IMG/VR virus record: IMGVR_UViG_3300032216_000524
Location: 1 to 64,000 of that record
Strand: one strand, 5' to 3'
DNA from: a virus
Taxonomy: Duplodnaviria; Caudoviricetes
Length of the DNA stretch: 64,000 bases
A program made the translations under genes and the position numbers. This document shows, piece after piece, positions 1-8,984 of the stretch. The notes below the pieces were generated by a model. The model saw only the letters and a program-made list of their open reading frames with translations. It had not been told where the DNA came from and searched no databases. Position 1 is the first letter of the stretch. Every line of letters begins with the position of its first letter.

Positions 1-98
1 ACATCACCAGCTGTTACTGGATTCTTAGAAAGAATAAATTGTTCCAACTGAGACTTCTGTTTAAACAAGTTTGAAATTTTGGAAAGGATATTTTTCAT
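1..98 (-). CDS. small hypothetical protein, runs off the window edge (MKNILSKISNLFKQKSQLEQFILSKNPVTAGD...)
   Basis: Not in the ORF track; translated by hand. Its ATG at 96-98 overlaps the TGA of the preceding small ORF (ATGA coupling); open to position 1. Confidence 0.6.
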   Translation of the reverse strand, partial: MKNILSKISNLFKQKSQLEQFILSKNPVTAGD

Positions 99-196
99 CT
101 TTGAAAATACCTCTTCTTTAATTCCTCTGCTTGTCTAGCACGAGTTTCTTGGACAACTTCAATGAATGCAATAACAAATTTTTTGATGGCTTTCAT
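95..196 (-). CDS. 33-aa hypothetical protein (MKAIKKFVIAFIEVVQETRARQAEELKKRYFQR)
   Basis: Hand-translated; starts 2 nt after the hsp20 stop and its stop overlaps the next start, as in a translationally coupled chain. Confidence 0.55.
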   Translation of the reverse strand: MKAIKKFVIAFIEVVQETRARQAEELKKRYFQR

Positions 197-198
197 TA

Positions 199-693
199 TT
201 ATTCTCCTTCGTTCAGAAACTGCTTCTTACCTTTTACATTAACAGGAACTTTCTTTGGCTTCTGTTCTTCTGGAACTAAACGCTCCAAAGCGATCTTAAG
301 CATACCATTGAATAGTTCTGCATTCTTAACTTCGATATGATCATCGATAGCGAAGGCACGAGTGAAGGCACGAGTAGCAATACCTTTGAAGAGGAAGTTG
401 CTTTCTTCGATATCATCAGTAGATGAATCTACATTTCCCTTAACGATTAGTTTACCACCATCAATAGTGATATCCAATTCAGTTTCACCAAATCCAGCCA
501 CAGCCAATTCAATGGTGTAGTTGTTCTCATCATTCTTGCGAATGTTGTATGGTGGATAGTTGGGAATGTTTTTAGTGAGATCAGCATGCAATGATTGTAA
601 TTGTTTTGCTGATTCGTCAAAGCCGACAAAGAATTTGTCGAAGTCCTTAAAGCCTGGACCAAATAATGCGAGTTGTGGTAATGAATTACCCAT
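199..693 (-). CDS. hsp20: small heat-shock protein Hsp20 (IbpA-like alpha-crystallin domain)
   Basis: YPPYNI, IELAVAGF, FLFKGIATRAFTRAF and NGMLKIAL.R..PE motifs; AGGAG RBS; usual position after regA in aquatic T4-like phages. Confidence 0.95.
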   Translation of the reverse strand: MGNSLPQLALFGPGFKDFDKFFVGFDESAKQLQSLHADLTKNIPNYPPYNIRKNDENNYTIELAVAGFGETELDITIDGGKLIVKGNVDSSTDDIEESNFLFKGIATRAFTRAFAIDDHIEVKNAELFNGMLKIALERLVPEEQKPKKVPVNVKGKKQFLNEGE

Positions 694-700
694 AGTAGTT

Positions 701-750
701 CTCCTATTAAGCGAGTTTTAAAAATAACTCTACCCCAAAATGGGCATAGA
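701..750 (-). promoter_or_regulatory. ROSE-like RNA thermometer in the hsp20 5' UTR
   Basis: Minus strand reads CUCGCU-UAAU-AGGAG at 715-701, so the SD pairs with a UCGCU motif leaving a bulged G; a second hairpin CUCUA..CCC/GGG..UAGAG lies just upstream (about 728-750). Confidence 0.6.
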
Positions 751-837
751 GGTTTGCTGGTTACTGGTTCCAGCGACAGCTTATCGTACTGACAGCTTTA
801 CCAACGATTCGTAACTTAGTGGTCCTAAGGTGAATTC

Positions 838-1020
838 TTAAACAGCTGGTAATTCAGCAGGTACTTCTGCAGCCTTAGCAGCTTCTGCAGCAGCAACCTG
901 TGGTTCGCCCTGCGCTTTAATCTTTCCAATAACGGATACAACTTCTTCAAATGGGTGCTTACCCAATACACGAAGAATCATATTTGCTTCATCAACAGTC
1001 AATTCAAGTTTGATATTCAT
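838..1020 (-). CDS. hypothetical protein, 60 aa
   Basis: GGAG RBS, in operon between regA and hsp20, Ala/Glu-rich C-terminus. Confidence 0.75.
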   Translation of the reverse strand: MNIKLELTVDEANMILRVLGKHPFEEVVSVIGKIKAQGEPQVAAAEAAKAAEVPAELPAV

Positions 1021-1045
1021 TTATCTACTCCAAGTTTATGTAAAA

Positions 1046-1471
1046 TTATTTAGCGGTAATCTTCTTACCGATATTATATTTAGGAACTAATTCCCATTCT
1101 GCTTTCTCTTTGTACGCAACTACTTTAATCTGCGATAGAGAAACCTTTGGTTCTGCTTTAGTATTATCTACAATCTTAAGCAACCCCCAATCTTGCAACA
1201 ATCCAGCTACCGTGTTTCTGCGTTCAACATCGTTACCTGTAATGTTAGATTCTTTCCCATCCAAAGCGAATAACTCTTTGAAATGGACGATAAAATACCT
1301 ACCCTGTTTATGCAAGATATGGCAGGACTGATATAACTTTTGTTCTTTGCGAGAAGCAATACCGATGCGGGTCAATGTTTCACGGATTTTCAAGAAGTTA
1401 TCTGGCTCTGGTAAGACCACTTCCAACATAGAGTCGGGAGTCCAGTCATAATAAATCATTTCGACTGACAT
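1046..1471 (-). CDS. regA: translational repressor RegA
   Basis: DNFLKIRETLTRIGIASRK and LYQSCHILHKQGRYFIVHFKELFALDGK signature; follows gp62. Confidence 0.97.
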   Translation of the reverse strand: MSVEMIYYDWTPDSMLEVVLPEPDNFLKIRETLTRIGIASRKEQKLYQSCHILHKQGRYFIVHFKELFALDGKESNITGNDVERRNTVAGLLQDWGLLKIVDNTKAEPKVSLSQIKVVAYKEKAEWELVPKYNIGKKITAK

Positions 1472-1854
1472 TATTTTCCACCTTTATATAATTTTTGTTC
1501 TATCATCTTCAATTGTTCTGGTGTCAATATCCCCAGAACCTCTTTTGCTTTCTCAGTAGAGTATTTATAATACTCCATGACAAGCTGAAGCGATTTACTT
1601 TCGGTGTCTTTTTTATGCCACTTCGAGAATCGCTTTTTCCTAGTTATAGTATTTAGGAAAAAGTCATTTTGCCAGATCTTGGGGATCCCTGTATGCCTAT
1701 TCATCTCATTAGCATACATTACTGTATCCGCAAAATACGACAACCCCCTATTGATCATAAAAGGATTATAGTCCTTTTCGACTAGTGGGTCTTCTCGAAT
1801 TAAGTCTTTCTTAGTTAGATTTATTTCATTTAAAAAGTCAAAAGGATTAGCCAT
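1471..1854 (-). CDS. gp62: clamp loader small subunit
   Basis: YNPFMINRGLSYF.DT...ANEMN, RKKRFSKW, L.LVMEYYKYS..KA motifs; gp44-gp62-regA order. Confidence 0.93.
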   Translation of the reverse strand: MANPFDFLNEINLTKKDLIREDPLVEKDYNPFMINRGLSYFADTVMYANEMNRHTGIPKIWQNDFFLNTITRKKRFSKWHKKDTESKSLQLVMEYYKYSTEKAKEVLGILTPEQLKMIEQKLYKGGK

Positions 1855-2185
1855 TTTTCAACCCACTTCTGATAATATCTTCAGTGGATGCTGCAAACTT
1901 CTTGTTTGGAAACTTGGCCATCAATTCATCTTCTACTTCTTTACCAGTCCTTCCCTGCGCCATAAACTGCTTTGTCTGTAAGTCATAAACAAAAATCATA
2001 TCGTTATGTCTCTCCAAAGAAATACGAATTACATTCTCTGTAATTTCTTGTTGGAAGGCATACATAATATTGTTTAGTTTACGATCTACTTCTCTCTTGT
2101 GAACATAGAATCCATATACAGCACCTGCAGCAAATATCATCATTACAAATCCAACTGAAACGAGGTATCCTAAAAAGTCTTCCAT
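1847..2185 (-). CDS. hypothetical protein with N-terminal transmembrane helix
   Basis: Hydrophobic N-terminus (FLGYLVSVGFVMMIFAAGAVYGFYV); GAGG RBS; overlaps the gp62 start. Confidence 0.7.
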   Translation of the reverse strand: MEDFLGYLVSVGFVMMIFAAGAVYGFYVHKREVDRKLNNIMYAFQQEITENVIRISLERHNDMIFVYDLQTKQFMAQGRTGKEVEDELMAKFPNKKFAASTEDIIRSGLKNG

Positions 2186-2192
2186 GGCTACC

Positions 2193-3131
2193 TCACTTGA
2201 ACTTACATTGGATCATAATCTCTGTCATTGCAGCAACAGTATTCAATTCATGGTCAGCAACGAATGCTGCTTTGTATTGATAGTCGGCAAGAATTAAAAC
2301 GAGATGATGAACTGTTGACGCATCAAGGAAGTCAATCGCATTGTCATACAAATCTTTAAACAACTGAGTAGTTTCGATATCTGAATTCTTTGCCACCCAT
2401 TTACGAACCTCAGGGAATTTCTTTTCCTTAAGATAACCAACTAACTCACGGAAAGATTCTTGCGAAAGATTAACCAAAATTCCACTGTCGATCTTACCAG
2501 TAACTGAGTATCGCTGCAATTCATTTAAGATTCTACGATAGTCAGGGAAGTGTTTGGTTACTACTTCGGCAACAGCTTTTGGATCAAACTCAATACCCTC
2601 ATCCTTAAGAATACCTGCTGCTCGTTTAAAGAACTGTGCAGCAATTCCCTGCTTCTCCTTACCATCAATCTTAAACTCTACAACAGCACAACGACTGTGT
2701 AGTGGTTCAATGATTCGGTTTTTAAAGTTACAGGTAAAGATGAAACGGCAATTGTCAGCAAATTCTTCGATGAAACCACGGAGGGCTGGCTGAGTCGAAT
2801 TGGCATTTAGGTAATCCGCTTCGTCAAGGATAACGACTTTCTTAGAGTCGGTCAACGAAACAGTTGAAGCAAACGATTTGATCTTGGTGCGGAGAACATC
2901 GATACCTGATTCTTCCGAACCATTAATCAATAGATACTCTGCGCCAATCTCGTTACATAATGCTTTAGCAATAGTGGTCTTACCTACTCCTGCTGTTCCG
3001 CAGAACAAAAAGTTAGGCAACTGACCACTGGCAACAAACTCTTTGAATGTATTTCGTAATCCTTCAGGAAGGATACATTCATCGATAGTTTTAGGACGAT
3101 ACTTCTCAACCCAAAGAAACTGCTCACTCAT
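2193..3131 (-). CDS. gp44: clamp loader large subunit (RFC-like AAA+)
   Basis: LWVEKYRP, Walker A GTAGVGKTT, Walker B ILDEAD, SRC motif. Confidence 0.97.
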   Translation of the reverse strand: MSEQFLWVEKYRPKTIDECILPEGLRNTFKEFVASGQLPNFLFCGTAGVGKTTIAKALCNEIGAEYLLINGSEESGIDVLRTKIKSFASTVSLTDSKKVVILDEADYLNANSTQPALRGFIEEFADNCRFIFTCNFKNRIIEPLHSRCAVVEFKIDGKEKQGIAAQFFKRAAGILKDEGIEFDPKAVAEVVTKHFPDYRRILNELQRYSVTGKIDSGILVNLSQESFRELVGYLKEKKFPEVRKWVAKNSDIETTQLFKDLYDNAIDFLDASTVHHLVLILADYQYKAAFVADHELNTVAAMTEIMIQCKFK

Positions 3132-3207
3132 AATATAATTCTCTCAATGTTGACCAAATGGTAGAGGAGGACGATCATATTCCTCCTCTGGTACTACTTC
3201 ATAATAA

Positions 3208-3867
3208 TTATTCGAAGCTGGAATCTGATTCGACGGCAACAAAGTAGACAAGGTCTCCTGCTCCTGCGAATCGGGAGATTCGTTTGCTGGAGATGGACAC
3301 ATTATATTCTCCTGGAATCATTTTAAGGTTTTCGATCTTCAGATTGACCTTAAACTTCTTATCGGTTGCACCAAAGTCAACTTCATAGGTATTGGCAGTT
3401 GCATTCTTCTTGTCGCCTACAACACCAACAATCTTACTGCCATCACCAACGATAGACAAGTCTGGTGAACCAAGAACTGAAGCAGTTCTCATAATCAAAC
3501 CATAAGACTGGGTTGTGAATTTAAACTCAATGTCTGCGTCGGGAAATGTAATTTCCTTTTGAGGAGTGGTCAATACAGATGCTTCTGCTGCATAGAATTT
3601 AATACCACCACTAGTACCTTGCTTGATAGAAACAAACTTGTCAGTGAACTCTAACTCTGGGTCGTCGAATAATGACATCGCAGCAAGAAACTGATTCAAG
3701 TCATAGATACCAAAGTCATTTGGGAAAGACTCGGCAATGGTTGAGGAAGCCATAACACTCTTACCTGAAGAGATTGTGGCGATCTTACTGCCAGTCTTTA
3801 AAAGAAGATTGCTGTTGATGCCAGCAAAGTTCTTAAAAATATCTAGCGTTGGTTTACTTAGTTTCAT
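3208..3867 (-). CDS. gp45: sliding clamp (DNA polymerase processivity factor)
   Basis: MKLSK.TL...KNFAGINSNL, FGIYDLNQFL, LKIENLKMIPG.Y.V.IS motifs; upstream of gp44. Confidence 0.95.
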   Translation of the reverse strand: MKLSKPTLDIFKNFAGINSNLLLKTGSKIATISSGKSVMASSTIAESFPNDFGIYDLNQFLAAMSLFDDPELEFTDKFVSIKQGTSGGIKFYAAEASVLTTPQKEITFPDADIEFKFTTQSYGLIMRTASVLGSPDLSIVGDGSKIVGVVGDKKNATANTYEVDFGATDKKFKVNLKIENLKMIPGEYNVSISSKRISRFAGAGDLVYFVAVESDSSFE

Positions 3868-3909
3868 TTAGTGTTTCCTTTTCGATTAAACATAATAATA
3901 TGTATATAC

Positions 3910-3938
3910 ATTATACCATAAATGTGTGTGTTTGACAA
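3910..3938 (-). promoter_or_regulatory. sigma70-type early promoter upstream of gp45
   Basis: TTGTCA-17 bp-TATAAT on the minus strand. Confidence 0.75.
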
Positions 3939-3939
3939 A

Positions 3940-4275
3940 TTATTTTCCAACAGAATACTTTACATCGTGTTCATATAAAAACATTAGGCAACACATTGCA
4001 TGTGCCAAGTGGTTCTTGCCAGTCTCGGGATCGTTTTGCTCTCCCTCTTTCCATGCCCAAAGATGTCTTTGCATTGCGTCAAAATATCTTCGTTTTGAGT
4101 CTGGAACATTCTTCCAATTATCTGGTTCGTATTTCTCTGCACCAAATGTTAGAATTTCTACAGTCGCTTTTAATGCGAGTGGTGGCACCAAACCATATTG
4201 AAGTTTGTTTCCATCAAATTTTCGCCCACCAGTCGTAGCTGTTTGGGACTTTTTAATTTGTTCTTTAGTTGCCAT
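3940..4275 (-). CDS. dATP/dGTP diphosphohydrolase-like protein (DUF5664-type)
   Basis: GRKFDGNK.QYGLVPP, LTFGAEKY..DNW, RYFDAMQRHL.AW..GE..DPETG..HLAHA.CCL.FL pattern. Confidence 0.8.
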   Translation of the reverse strand: MATKEQIKKSQTATTGGRKFDGNKLQYGLVPPLALKATVEILTFGAEKYEPDNWKNVPDSKRRYFDAMQRHLWAWKEGEQNDPETGKNHLAHAMCCLMFLYEHDVKYSVGK

Positions 4276-4338
4276 TAAATCTCCATAATGAAAAATGAGT
4301 CAAGATACTCCGAAGAATATCTTGACTCAATGGCACGA

Positions 4339-4605
4339 TTAACTACGCTGTGCAGTAAAAGCGTCAGCACCGAGAACAGCAGCAGCGATTGCAACAATAC
4401 GCTTGCTTGGCTGACCAATACGATACTTAGTAGTCTTGCTACCATCACTCAACTTAGCAGCATTGCTGTAAACGCAGTAACCTTGCTCACGCAGGTTACG
4501 GATTGTGCTGGCTGGGTGAGCAATACCAAAAGACGCTTTGATTTGCTTTGCAGTAAACTGCTTACCAGATTGCAACTGGTTCAACAACATTTCTTGCTTT
4601 GACAT
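4339..4605 (-). CDS. small winged-helix/HTH DNA-binding protein
   Basis: LLNQLQSGKQFTAKQIKASFGIAHPASTIRNLREQGYCVY followed by a beta-hairpin (KTTKYRIG); GGAG RBS. Confidence 0.7.
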   Translation of the reverse strand: MSKQEMLLNQLQSGKQFTAKQIKASFGIAHPASTIRNLREQGYCVYSNAAKLSDGSKTTKYRIGQPSKRIVAIAAAVLGADAFTAQRS

Positions 4606-4680
4606 ATAATAAACTCCATAATAAAGCCATCAATAAAAAGAGGGGAATGGCGATGGCATATAACCAAACCCCTAAGCCGA

Positions 4681-5073
4681 TTAAACAGCGATGCCGTTGT
4701 CTCTCAATTCTTGGAGAAACTCTGCATCACTCTGTAATTCTACCACAACTGGGTCACTCTCGGCAATTATTTTTTCCAACTTTGTCTTATCGTTTGCAAC
4801 TTTTGCTTTCGTAGACTTAGCGTTAGGTGCAGGGAATTCATATACACCACGGGAGATTTTATTGGAAGCATACAACCAGTTTGGATAACCGATCTTCTCT
4901 CCTTTGTCTCCCTTGCGCTTTGTACGCATTTCGTTATATGCATGGGCGCAACCCTTCAGGGTTACTGTACCGCCATCTTTCAGGCTGGGATCGAATTCGA
5001 TCATTGCATCTACCCAACGCTTTTGTGCTTTCGTCAAATCATTATATTTCAACATAATCAATTTCCTTTTCAA
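4681..5073 (-). CDS. hypothetical protein sharing a motif with the N-terminus of the adjacent MoxR ATPase
   Basis: GYPNWLYASNKISRGVYEFP resembles KFPLWLMKTKIGRGLYAIP of 5080..6243; real start may be the ATG at 5055. Confidence 0.75.
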   Translation of the reverse strand: MKRKLIMLKYNDLTKAQKRWVDAMIEFDPSLKDGGTVTLKGCAHAYNEMRTKRKGDKGEKIGYPNWLYASNKISRGVYEFPAPNAKSTKAKVANDKTKLEKIIAESDPVVVELQSDAEFLQELRDNGIAV

Positions 5074-5079
5074 ATAATA

Positions 5080-6243
5080 TTAAATAACTTCAGTGGTTGT
5101 TACAACTTCTGGAGTAACATCGGGTTGAACTTCAACATCCAACTCTCCAGCGGATACCTTGTCAAACAAGTCAACAAAGGCAAGGCGAGTCGCATCATCA
5201 AATCGATTAGTACACAACTCGATTGCTTTCTTCTGATTCTTAAAGATCGAGAATGCTCGAACAATATGAACCAGACGACGAGTAGTGATTGTCTCATCGA
5301 CACCACCAGCGTCAAAGGTTCGGCGAATGGCTTCAGCCCACTTCACCAAATTACTTGCAAATTCCTCATCAAGACAATTATACGACTTCATAAGGTTGCA
5401 GACAATTTTATTTTCCACTTTTGCATCAGGGTATTCCTGATTGAAAGTTACTGCAAATCTTTCCAAGAATGCTTCGTTCAGGACATTGGTACCGATATAG
5501 CGACCATCGTCTGAACCCTTACCCTTAGTATTTGCAGTCGCAAACAGATTGAAACCTACAGCTGGGTATACCATTTCGTTCTTCAGTTTGAAGTAGAATG
5601 GCTTACCTTCGAGAATTGGTTGCAAACACAAGAGGGTGTTAGCACCACCAGCATCGATCTCGTCAAGCAGAAGGGGAATACCCAAACGCATTGCAATCAT
5701 TACTGGACCTTCAACGATCTCCACATTACCATCGACAAGAGTCTTAGAACCGATCAGCTGATCTTCGTCTGTCATCTTGTTCAGGTTTACACGGATTAAT
5801 GGTCGTTGCAGTTTGGCACAGATCTGTTCAATCGATGTGGACTTGCCATTCCCAGTTGGACCAGAGATGTAGGTCGGATAGAATTGCTTAGAAGAAACAA
5901 TTCGTTCTAAGTCTTTGTAGTTACCGAATGGTACATAGTTACCATCGAGTTTAGGAATGAGGGAATCCAAATTCGTATAATCCACAATCACACTTTCGGG
6001 TTGCTGTGGTGCAAGAGCAGTATTACCAGCCATCGGTGCAGTTACGCTACCTCCAGGAATTGCATACAGCCCACGACCAATTTTTGTTTTCATAAGCCAG
6101 AGGGGAAACTTCTCGGTCTTGAGTTTTGACATCACCTCAAGAATTTGAGTTCGGGATACTTGACCACTGGTCTTTGTATCGGGAAACATCTCAGTCAGTT
6201 TTGTTTCAAACTGATTAACAAACACATTATCTTTAGCCATCAT
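5080..6243 (-). CDS. MoxR-family AAA+ ATPase (phage CobS-like)
   Basis: Walker A GPTGNGKS, EDQLIG, Walker B LLLDEID, ATANTKGKGSDDGRY.GTNVLNEAFLERF and C-terminal ITTRRLVHI. Confidence 0.92.
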   Translation of the reverse strand: MMAKDNVFVNQFETKLTEMFPDTKTSGQVSRTQILEVMSKLKTEKFPLWLMKTKIGRGLYAIPGGSVTAPMAGNTALAPQQPESVIVDYTNLDSLIPKLDGNYVPFGNYKDLERIVSSKQFYPTYISGPTGNGKSTSIEQICAKLQRPLIRVNLNKMTDEDQLIGSKTLVDGNVEIVEGPVMIAMRLGIPLLLDEIDAGGANTLLCLQPILEGKPFYFKLKNEMVYPAVGFNLFATANTKGKGSDDGRYIGTNVLNEAFLERFAVTFNQEYPDAKVENKIVCNLMKSYNCLDEEFASNLVKWAEAIRRTFDAGGVDETITTRRLVHIVRAFSIFKNQKKAIELCTNRFDDATRLAFVDLFDKVSAGELDVEVQPDVTPEVVTTTEVI

Positions 6244-6267
6244 TCACTCCATTCATAATAAAAAATA

Positions 6268-6423
6268 TCAAACACCAAACGCCATGTCATGCTCAAACGC
6301 AGTAAGGCAACTTTCAACTTCTTCTCGGTTGAATAATCGTCCACCAATCACAACCAACTGATCCTGCAAACCATATTCGACTGCAAGGTTGATCAACTCA
6401 TTGTCTGTAAAAGAATCCCACAT
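6268..6423 (-). CDS. 51-aa hypothetical protein (MWDSFTDNELINLAVEYGLQDQLVVIGGRLFNREEVESCLTAFEHDMAFGV)
   Basis: Not in the ORF track; hand-translated; GAGG RBS; fills the gap between 6435..6716 and the ATPase. Confidence 0.65.
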   Translation of the reverse strand: MWDSFTDNELINLAVEYGLQDQLVVIGGRLFNREEVESCLTAFEHDMAFGV

Positions 6424-6434
6424 AATATATTACC

Positions 6435-6716
6435 TCACTCAAACTCATAAAATTTTACTGAAGGATCCAACTGTTTGAGTTGGCGAGCAACAGTAGTCAA
6501 TTCTTTGTATTTGGCTTGTACGACATTTCGTGGAAGTTCACCATCACAGGTCAAATTCTCAGGACTCAGGTCAGAGTCAATTTTGTCCGCCAAACGCTGA
6601 CGACCCTTTGAAGTTTGGATCTCGTACTGCTCACCTTTGAAGATGGCGTTCCACTGGTTGGCTTTTGCAATAAAGGCATTCAACTGTTTCATAACTAACT
6701 CCTTTTCATTCATCAT
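6435..6716 (-). CDS. hypothetical early protein, 93 aa
   Basis: First gene after the early promoter at 6723-6751. Confidence 0.75.
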   Translation of the reverse strand: MMNEKELVMKQLNAFIAKANQWNAIFKGEQYEIQTSKGRQRLADKIDSDLSPENLTCDGELPRNVVQAKYKELTTVARQLKQLDPSVKFYEFE

Positions 6717-6722
6717 AATATA

Positions 6723-6785
6723 ATTATACTACAGTTCGCAATTAAAGGCAAGCGATTCTTGCAAATAACCCTACAAAAAGTAGGG
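6723..6785 (-). promoter_or_regulatory. early promoter cassette, copy 1
   Basis: TTGCCT-17 bp-TATAAT; 25-bp block 6740-6764 identical to 9002-9026; upstream palindrome CCCTAC-N5-GTAGGG at 6769-6785. Confidence 0.8.
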
Positions 6786-6811
6786 CTATTTTCCCTCATA
6801 AAATCAACAAC

Positions 6812-8956
6812 TTAGGCAACTAAACCCACAAATCTGTTCAAAACCACCCTGCTGGACTTCTTAACATTGAGGAATTTACCGAATTGCTTGGCTATCGCCT
6901 TAGCGTTCATATCGGCTTTTACCTCGAGTTCTCCCTCTTCGATCCGTTGTTTTGATGCTGGCAACAGATACAATTCATCACGACCAGTATTGGTAAGTAA
7001 GGCATAGTCGTTCGAGCGGATATCCTTACGCAACTGTTCAACTGCGTAGAATTCTTGCGTACCATTTTGGTAGTCAGGAAGATTGTTCTTGACAAAGTTG
7101 CCGATATCACGACGACTATTCGAAACGATATGGAAGCCAACTGTTTTGATATTGTAACGATCTTTGATCACACGCAAGAAGGTGCGAGTCTGTTCATGTC
7201 CACGCTCAGTCAGAGGATATTCTTTTTTCGTAATTGGATCACGGAGATAGTTCTTAACCTTTATTGTTTTACCTTGAGAGTAAGTAAAGTGTCTAAGATT
7301 ATCATTGTTTCCAGATAAAGAATGACCCTCGCCATCGGTTAGGGTAACCAAAGACATCTTCTCAACATTGTTTGCTTTAATAAACTTACCGATGTAGTCG
7401 ATCAAAAACACCAATGATTCGTTCAGCGGAGTAGAGTGTAATCCGTAGTTACGATCGTAAGTCCATGGTGACTGAATCAACAAATCGATCATTCCATTAA
7501 ACTCACTGTTAGTCATCTTATTGTTAAACAACTCTAACAAATTAAATTGACTGTCGTGGAAACCCTTGGAACCTTCAATCGCCATCGACTGTTTTTCTTG
7601 CCAGCTGATATTTTCATATCCGCTAGAGAAGGCAAACACCTGATATGGAATTTGGATTCGCTGGCAGAACATCGCAAGGTTGATAACCTGCTTCACAGTA
7701 TCTTCCATAACATGCTGCATAGAACCAGACCAGTCCATCAAGAAAATCATACCATGGTTTTTGTCCTCAGGGATGATATCAAGTTTCTTGAACATGTCAT
7801 CTGTAAGAGTATAGGCATACAGTTTGCGCATGTCAAGGTCACCAGACTTCGCAGTCGTGATTCGTTTGTATTCGGTAGCACTCTTGCGCATTTCGAATTC
7901 TTTAACAAGGTAGTTCACCATACGCATAGACTCGGTTTTGAATTTCTCCAAACGATCTTTATGTTTTGTTTTGCGTTCATTCGCATAGTTCTGACCATAG
8001 TTTTTAGCAGAGATTGCGTATAAATTGTCAGAAGAAACTTTCAACTCACCAAGAATTCGTTTGAAGGGAATAATTGGGTTGCGTTTGCTAGCCAACTCAG
8101 GCATAAAGTTCTGTACGACTGTTTCAGTATCAGCCATCTCAGTCAATCGTTCACGGAATGCCTTTTCGGTTTTAGACTCAAGATCAATTTCTTCTTGTTC
8201 CTTAGTATCTTCAGCTGGAGCAGAACGAGATGTCTTTTGTGCCTTCAACTCTTTTTTAATTTCTTCGAGTTCTTCCTCAGGCATAAAATTATCGTTGTCG
8301 AAGTCATCTTCGTCATCCATAAAGTTATCAAACTCGGCATTGTCTTCATCTTCATCTTCGGTGTCTTCACCATTTTGAAGACGCATTTCTTCCATCTTCT
8401 TCTTTTGTTCTTCTCGTTCAGCTTTGGAGTGGTCAAAGATTTCACGAGCCAATTTGTATACATCTTCCATCGTATCACAACGATCTGCCCTACGAACCAA
8501 GTCCAACTCGGCAGGGGTAAATTTGGCACCACAGTTGATACCGACTTTGTAGAACAAATTGATACGATCGATCAATAGAACATCAGACAGGTCTTTCTCG
8601 GCAACACCAAAAAAGTCTTTCTCGTTTAGCTGACGATATCCTAGCAAAAATGCTTTGCGCAGTCCTGGATATTTGGCTTTGACTTTCTTTTCAATACGGA
8701 CATCTTCGATCACATTCATATAACCTTGCAACACACGGAAGTCTTCTTCTTCCATAAATTCGGTTGTGGTATACAGTGCGTGTCCTACTTCGTGACCAAT
8801 AAGCATCTCTTCGATTTCATTGGTCATATCTTTCCATTGCGGAAGCGTAAGTGTTCTGGTAATGCTCTCAAACGATGCCGTTGCTACATTGGCACGGATC
8901 ACATTCAGATTTTCATTGGCTAACAGGCGAGCCAGCAGGTCTTTAGAATTCATCAT
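6812..8956 (-). CDS. vWA-domain protein with N-terminal HExxH metallopeptidase-like domain (CobT-like partner of the MoxR ATPase)
   Basis: HEVGH then NVIEDVRIE; acidic linker; MIDAS-type FLMDWSGSM, TPLNE and LTDGEG motifs. Confidence 0.88.
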   Translation of the reverse strand: MMNSKDLLARLLANENLNVIRANVATASFESITRTLTLPQWKDMTNEIEEMLIGHEVGHALYTTTEFMEEEDFRVLQGYMNVIEDVRIEKKVKAKYPGLRKAFLLGYRQLNEKDFFGVAEKDLSDVLLIDRINLFYKVGINCGAKFTPAELDLVRRADRCDTMEDVYKLAREIFDHSKAEREEQKKKMEEMRLQNGEDTEDEDEDNAEFDNFMDDEDDFDNDNFMPEEELEEIKKELKAQKTSRSAPAEDTKEQEEIDLESKTEKAFRERLTEMADTETVVQNFMPELASKRNPIIPFKRILGELKVSSDNLYAISAKNYGQNYANERKTKHKDRLEKFKTESMRMVNYLVKEFEMRKSATEYKRITTAKSGDLDMRKLYAYTLTDDMFKKLDIIPEDKNHGMIFLMDWSGSMQHVMEDTVKQVINLAMFCQRIQIPYQVFAFSSGYENISWQEKQSMAIEGSKGFHDSQFNLLELFNNKMTNSEFNGMIDLLIQSPWTYDRNYGLHSTPLNESLVFLIDYIGKFIKANNVEKMSLVTLTDGEGHSLSGNNDNLRHFTYSQGKTIKVKNYLRDPITKKEYPLTERGHEQTRTFLRVIKDRYNIKTVGFHIVSNSRRDIGNFVKNNLPDYQNGTQEFYAVEQLRKDIRSNDYALLTNTGRDELYLLPASKQRIEEGELEVKADMNAKAIAKQFGKFLNVKKSSRVVLNRFVGLVA

Positions 8957-8984
8957 ATATTTACAATCTCCAGTCTATAGAAGA

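Noticed and set aside
3143-3190. Inverted repeat AGAGGAGGA...TCCTCCTCT between gp45 and gp44 as a possible ncRNA
   Set aside because: Best explained as an ordinary intergenic stem-loop (terminator or stabiliser); no tRNA-like or other conserved fold is evident.
5080-8956. Cobalamin biosynthesis auxiliary metabolic genes (cobS/cobT)
   Set aside because: Motifs show only a generic MoxR ATPase and vWA partner; there is no CobN or other cobalamin gene, and the partner has an extra peptidase-like domain.
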